A stretch of DNA of 64,000 nt, taken from positions 80,874,458 through 80,938,457 of the forward strand of contig NC_081358.1 in the NCBI RefSeq assembly GCF_030684315.1, written 5' to 3'. The translations under genes were made by a program, and so were the position numbers. Of the stretch, positions 62,580 through 64,000 are shown in pieces; position 1 is the first letter of the stretch, and the number at the start of each line of letters is the position of its first letter. The DNA comes from Stegostoma tigrinum (Eukaryota). Below the pieces are notes generated by a model, which was not told the DNA's origin, did no database searches, and was given only the letters and a program-made list of their open reading frames with translations.

Positions 62580-62760
62580 GCTATTCATTACGATCATGGT
62601 TGATCCTCAATCTTAATGCCATATTCATGCTTTCTCTCCATACCTCTATGTTGTAGATACTTCCAGTCAACCTGTTCAGACATACCTCTGGAACAGTTGA
62701 GCCTTGAACCCAGACCTTCTGGCCCAAAGACAAGGACACCACTACTGTGTCATTAAGACC
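62580..62760 (-). mobile_element. tRNA-headed SINE with a CR1-like tail
   Basis: Minus strand cacagtagtggtgtcc...gggttcaag; similar heads at about 49380-49480(-) and 29480-29600(+). Confidence 0.5.
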
Positions 62761-62779
62761 TATTTTATTTGCCATCTTT

Positions 62780-63800
62780 AATTGGTCTTGGGTAAATGGT
62801 AGTAAACTATCACTGGTGAAGGTTCAGCTGTACAGTTGTTAGAGAAGGATTTTCAGGATTTTGGTCCAGTGATGATGAACAATTGGTAATGTATTTCTAA
62901 TTCAGAATAGCGTGTGACTAGGAGGAAATTTTGAACATACAGGGTTCCCAAAAATCTGCTGCCCCTGCTGTTCTAGGAGATAAAATCATGAGTTTGGGAA
63001 GCATCTTAAAATGGCTACATGGTACCTTTTAAAAGCTAAACATTGGTGCCATTGTGCACCAGTGCTAGAGGAAGTGAAGTTTTAAGGTGATTGCTGGGGG
63101 ACAATCAAAGGGTTTTTGGTGAAGTGTGTTGAAAGCCCCCGGGCAGATTATATTCTATGTCTTTAATGTCCACTGCTTCTTTGAAGCATGTTCAAAATGG
63201 GGACTGTTGGTTCATTGATTGAATTTGTTGTTAATCACCAGGAGGTTTCTTTGTTCATGGTTGGCCTAACGCCATCAAATTTCACAGGGCTATAGTACAA
63301 AGTAACAATGTTACTGATGTAGTTATCTAGAGGTAAAAAGTCAAGTTTCACCACAGATGCTGAAGAATTTGGTTCAATTAGTTTTTATTTAATCTTTACT
63401 TAGGCAATGGAACTATGGTCTGTGAAGCTATTAGTTTGTTGTGAAAGGCCTTCCAACTTACTAATGTCCTGTATTCAAAGAGGAGGCTCGGCAGCATCTT
63501 CTCAACTTCAATTGTATTTGCTTGCTTTGAGTTACACGAGTCAAATACTCGTATGCTTCCCGGCTTTACACTGGACCACAGTGCCACACGGCACATCAGC
63601 CTTTCCTACATGTGGGAAAGCACACAGCAGGATAATGATGGAAGGGTTTAGGATAGTAGGAAAGTAGAATGGCTATGTCAGGGTGTTGCTTGACTAATCT
63701 GTGGTAGAGTGTTCCCAAATTTTACTTGTGTCCCTAAATACCAGTGAGGAGGGATTTGGAAGAATTGATTTGTCTGTTTGCATGGTTATCTCATCCAAAT
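62780..63800 (-). mobile_element. Very decayed CR1/L2-group LINE
   Basis: Patchy similarity to 43600-43870 and 34100-34430. Confidence 0.45.
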
Positions 63801-64000
63801 CCATGTCCTAAATTGTTGCTGGGTTGCGTGTCTGTAGTTAATTTTCATTTGTAGGTTGGTGTTATTTAATATAGTTATGTGTGATGTTAACTATCAGGAA
63901 CCAAAAACAAAATAGATGGAATTATTTTTAAAGATAAGAGATAGAAATTTTACAGAGATCTATGTCAAGGGATCTATGTTAACAAAAGCCTCAAAAGATG

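Overview
Repeat-dense eukaryotic DNA with no convincing host protein-coding exon. The repeat repertoire (HE1-type V-SINEs, a DeuSINE-like SINE, many CR1 LINEs, GIY-YIG Penelope-like elements (PLEs), Harbinger fossils) points to a cartilaginous fish, probably a shark (inference). Nearly all longer ORFs are decayed transposon pieces. Highlights: (1) at 61354-62213, about 2.9 near-identical 295-296 bp PLE-derived units, each with a minimal hammerhead-ribozyme core, inserted as one block with a 12-bp target-site duplication (TSD), i.e. a retrozyme-like element; (2) several PLE-terminus fold-back elements with 12-15 bp TSDs; (3) a heavily decayed SF3-helicase (parvovirus NS1/Rep-like) reading frame at about 3.3-4.0 kb, a candidate endogenous viral element; (4) a four-level nested insertion at 5.3-10.4 kb; (5) a reconstructable two-gene Harbinger transposon at 19.2-24.8 kb; (6) a LINE whose endonuclease directly follows a tRNA-like head shared with a SINE. 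Family calls are by-eye motif recognition without database searches, and boundaries of old repeats are approximate.
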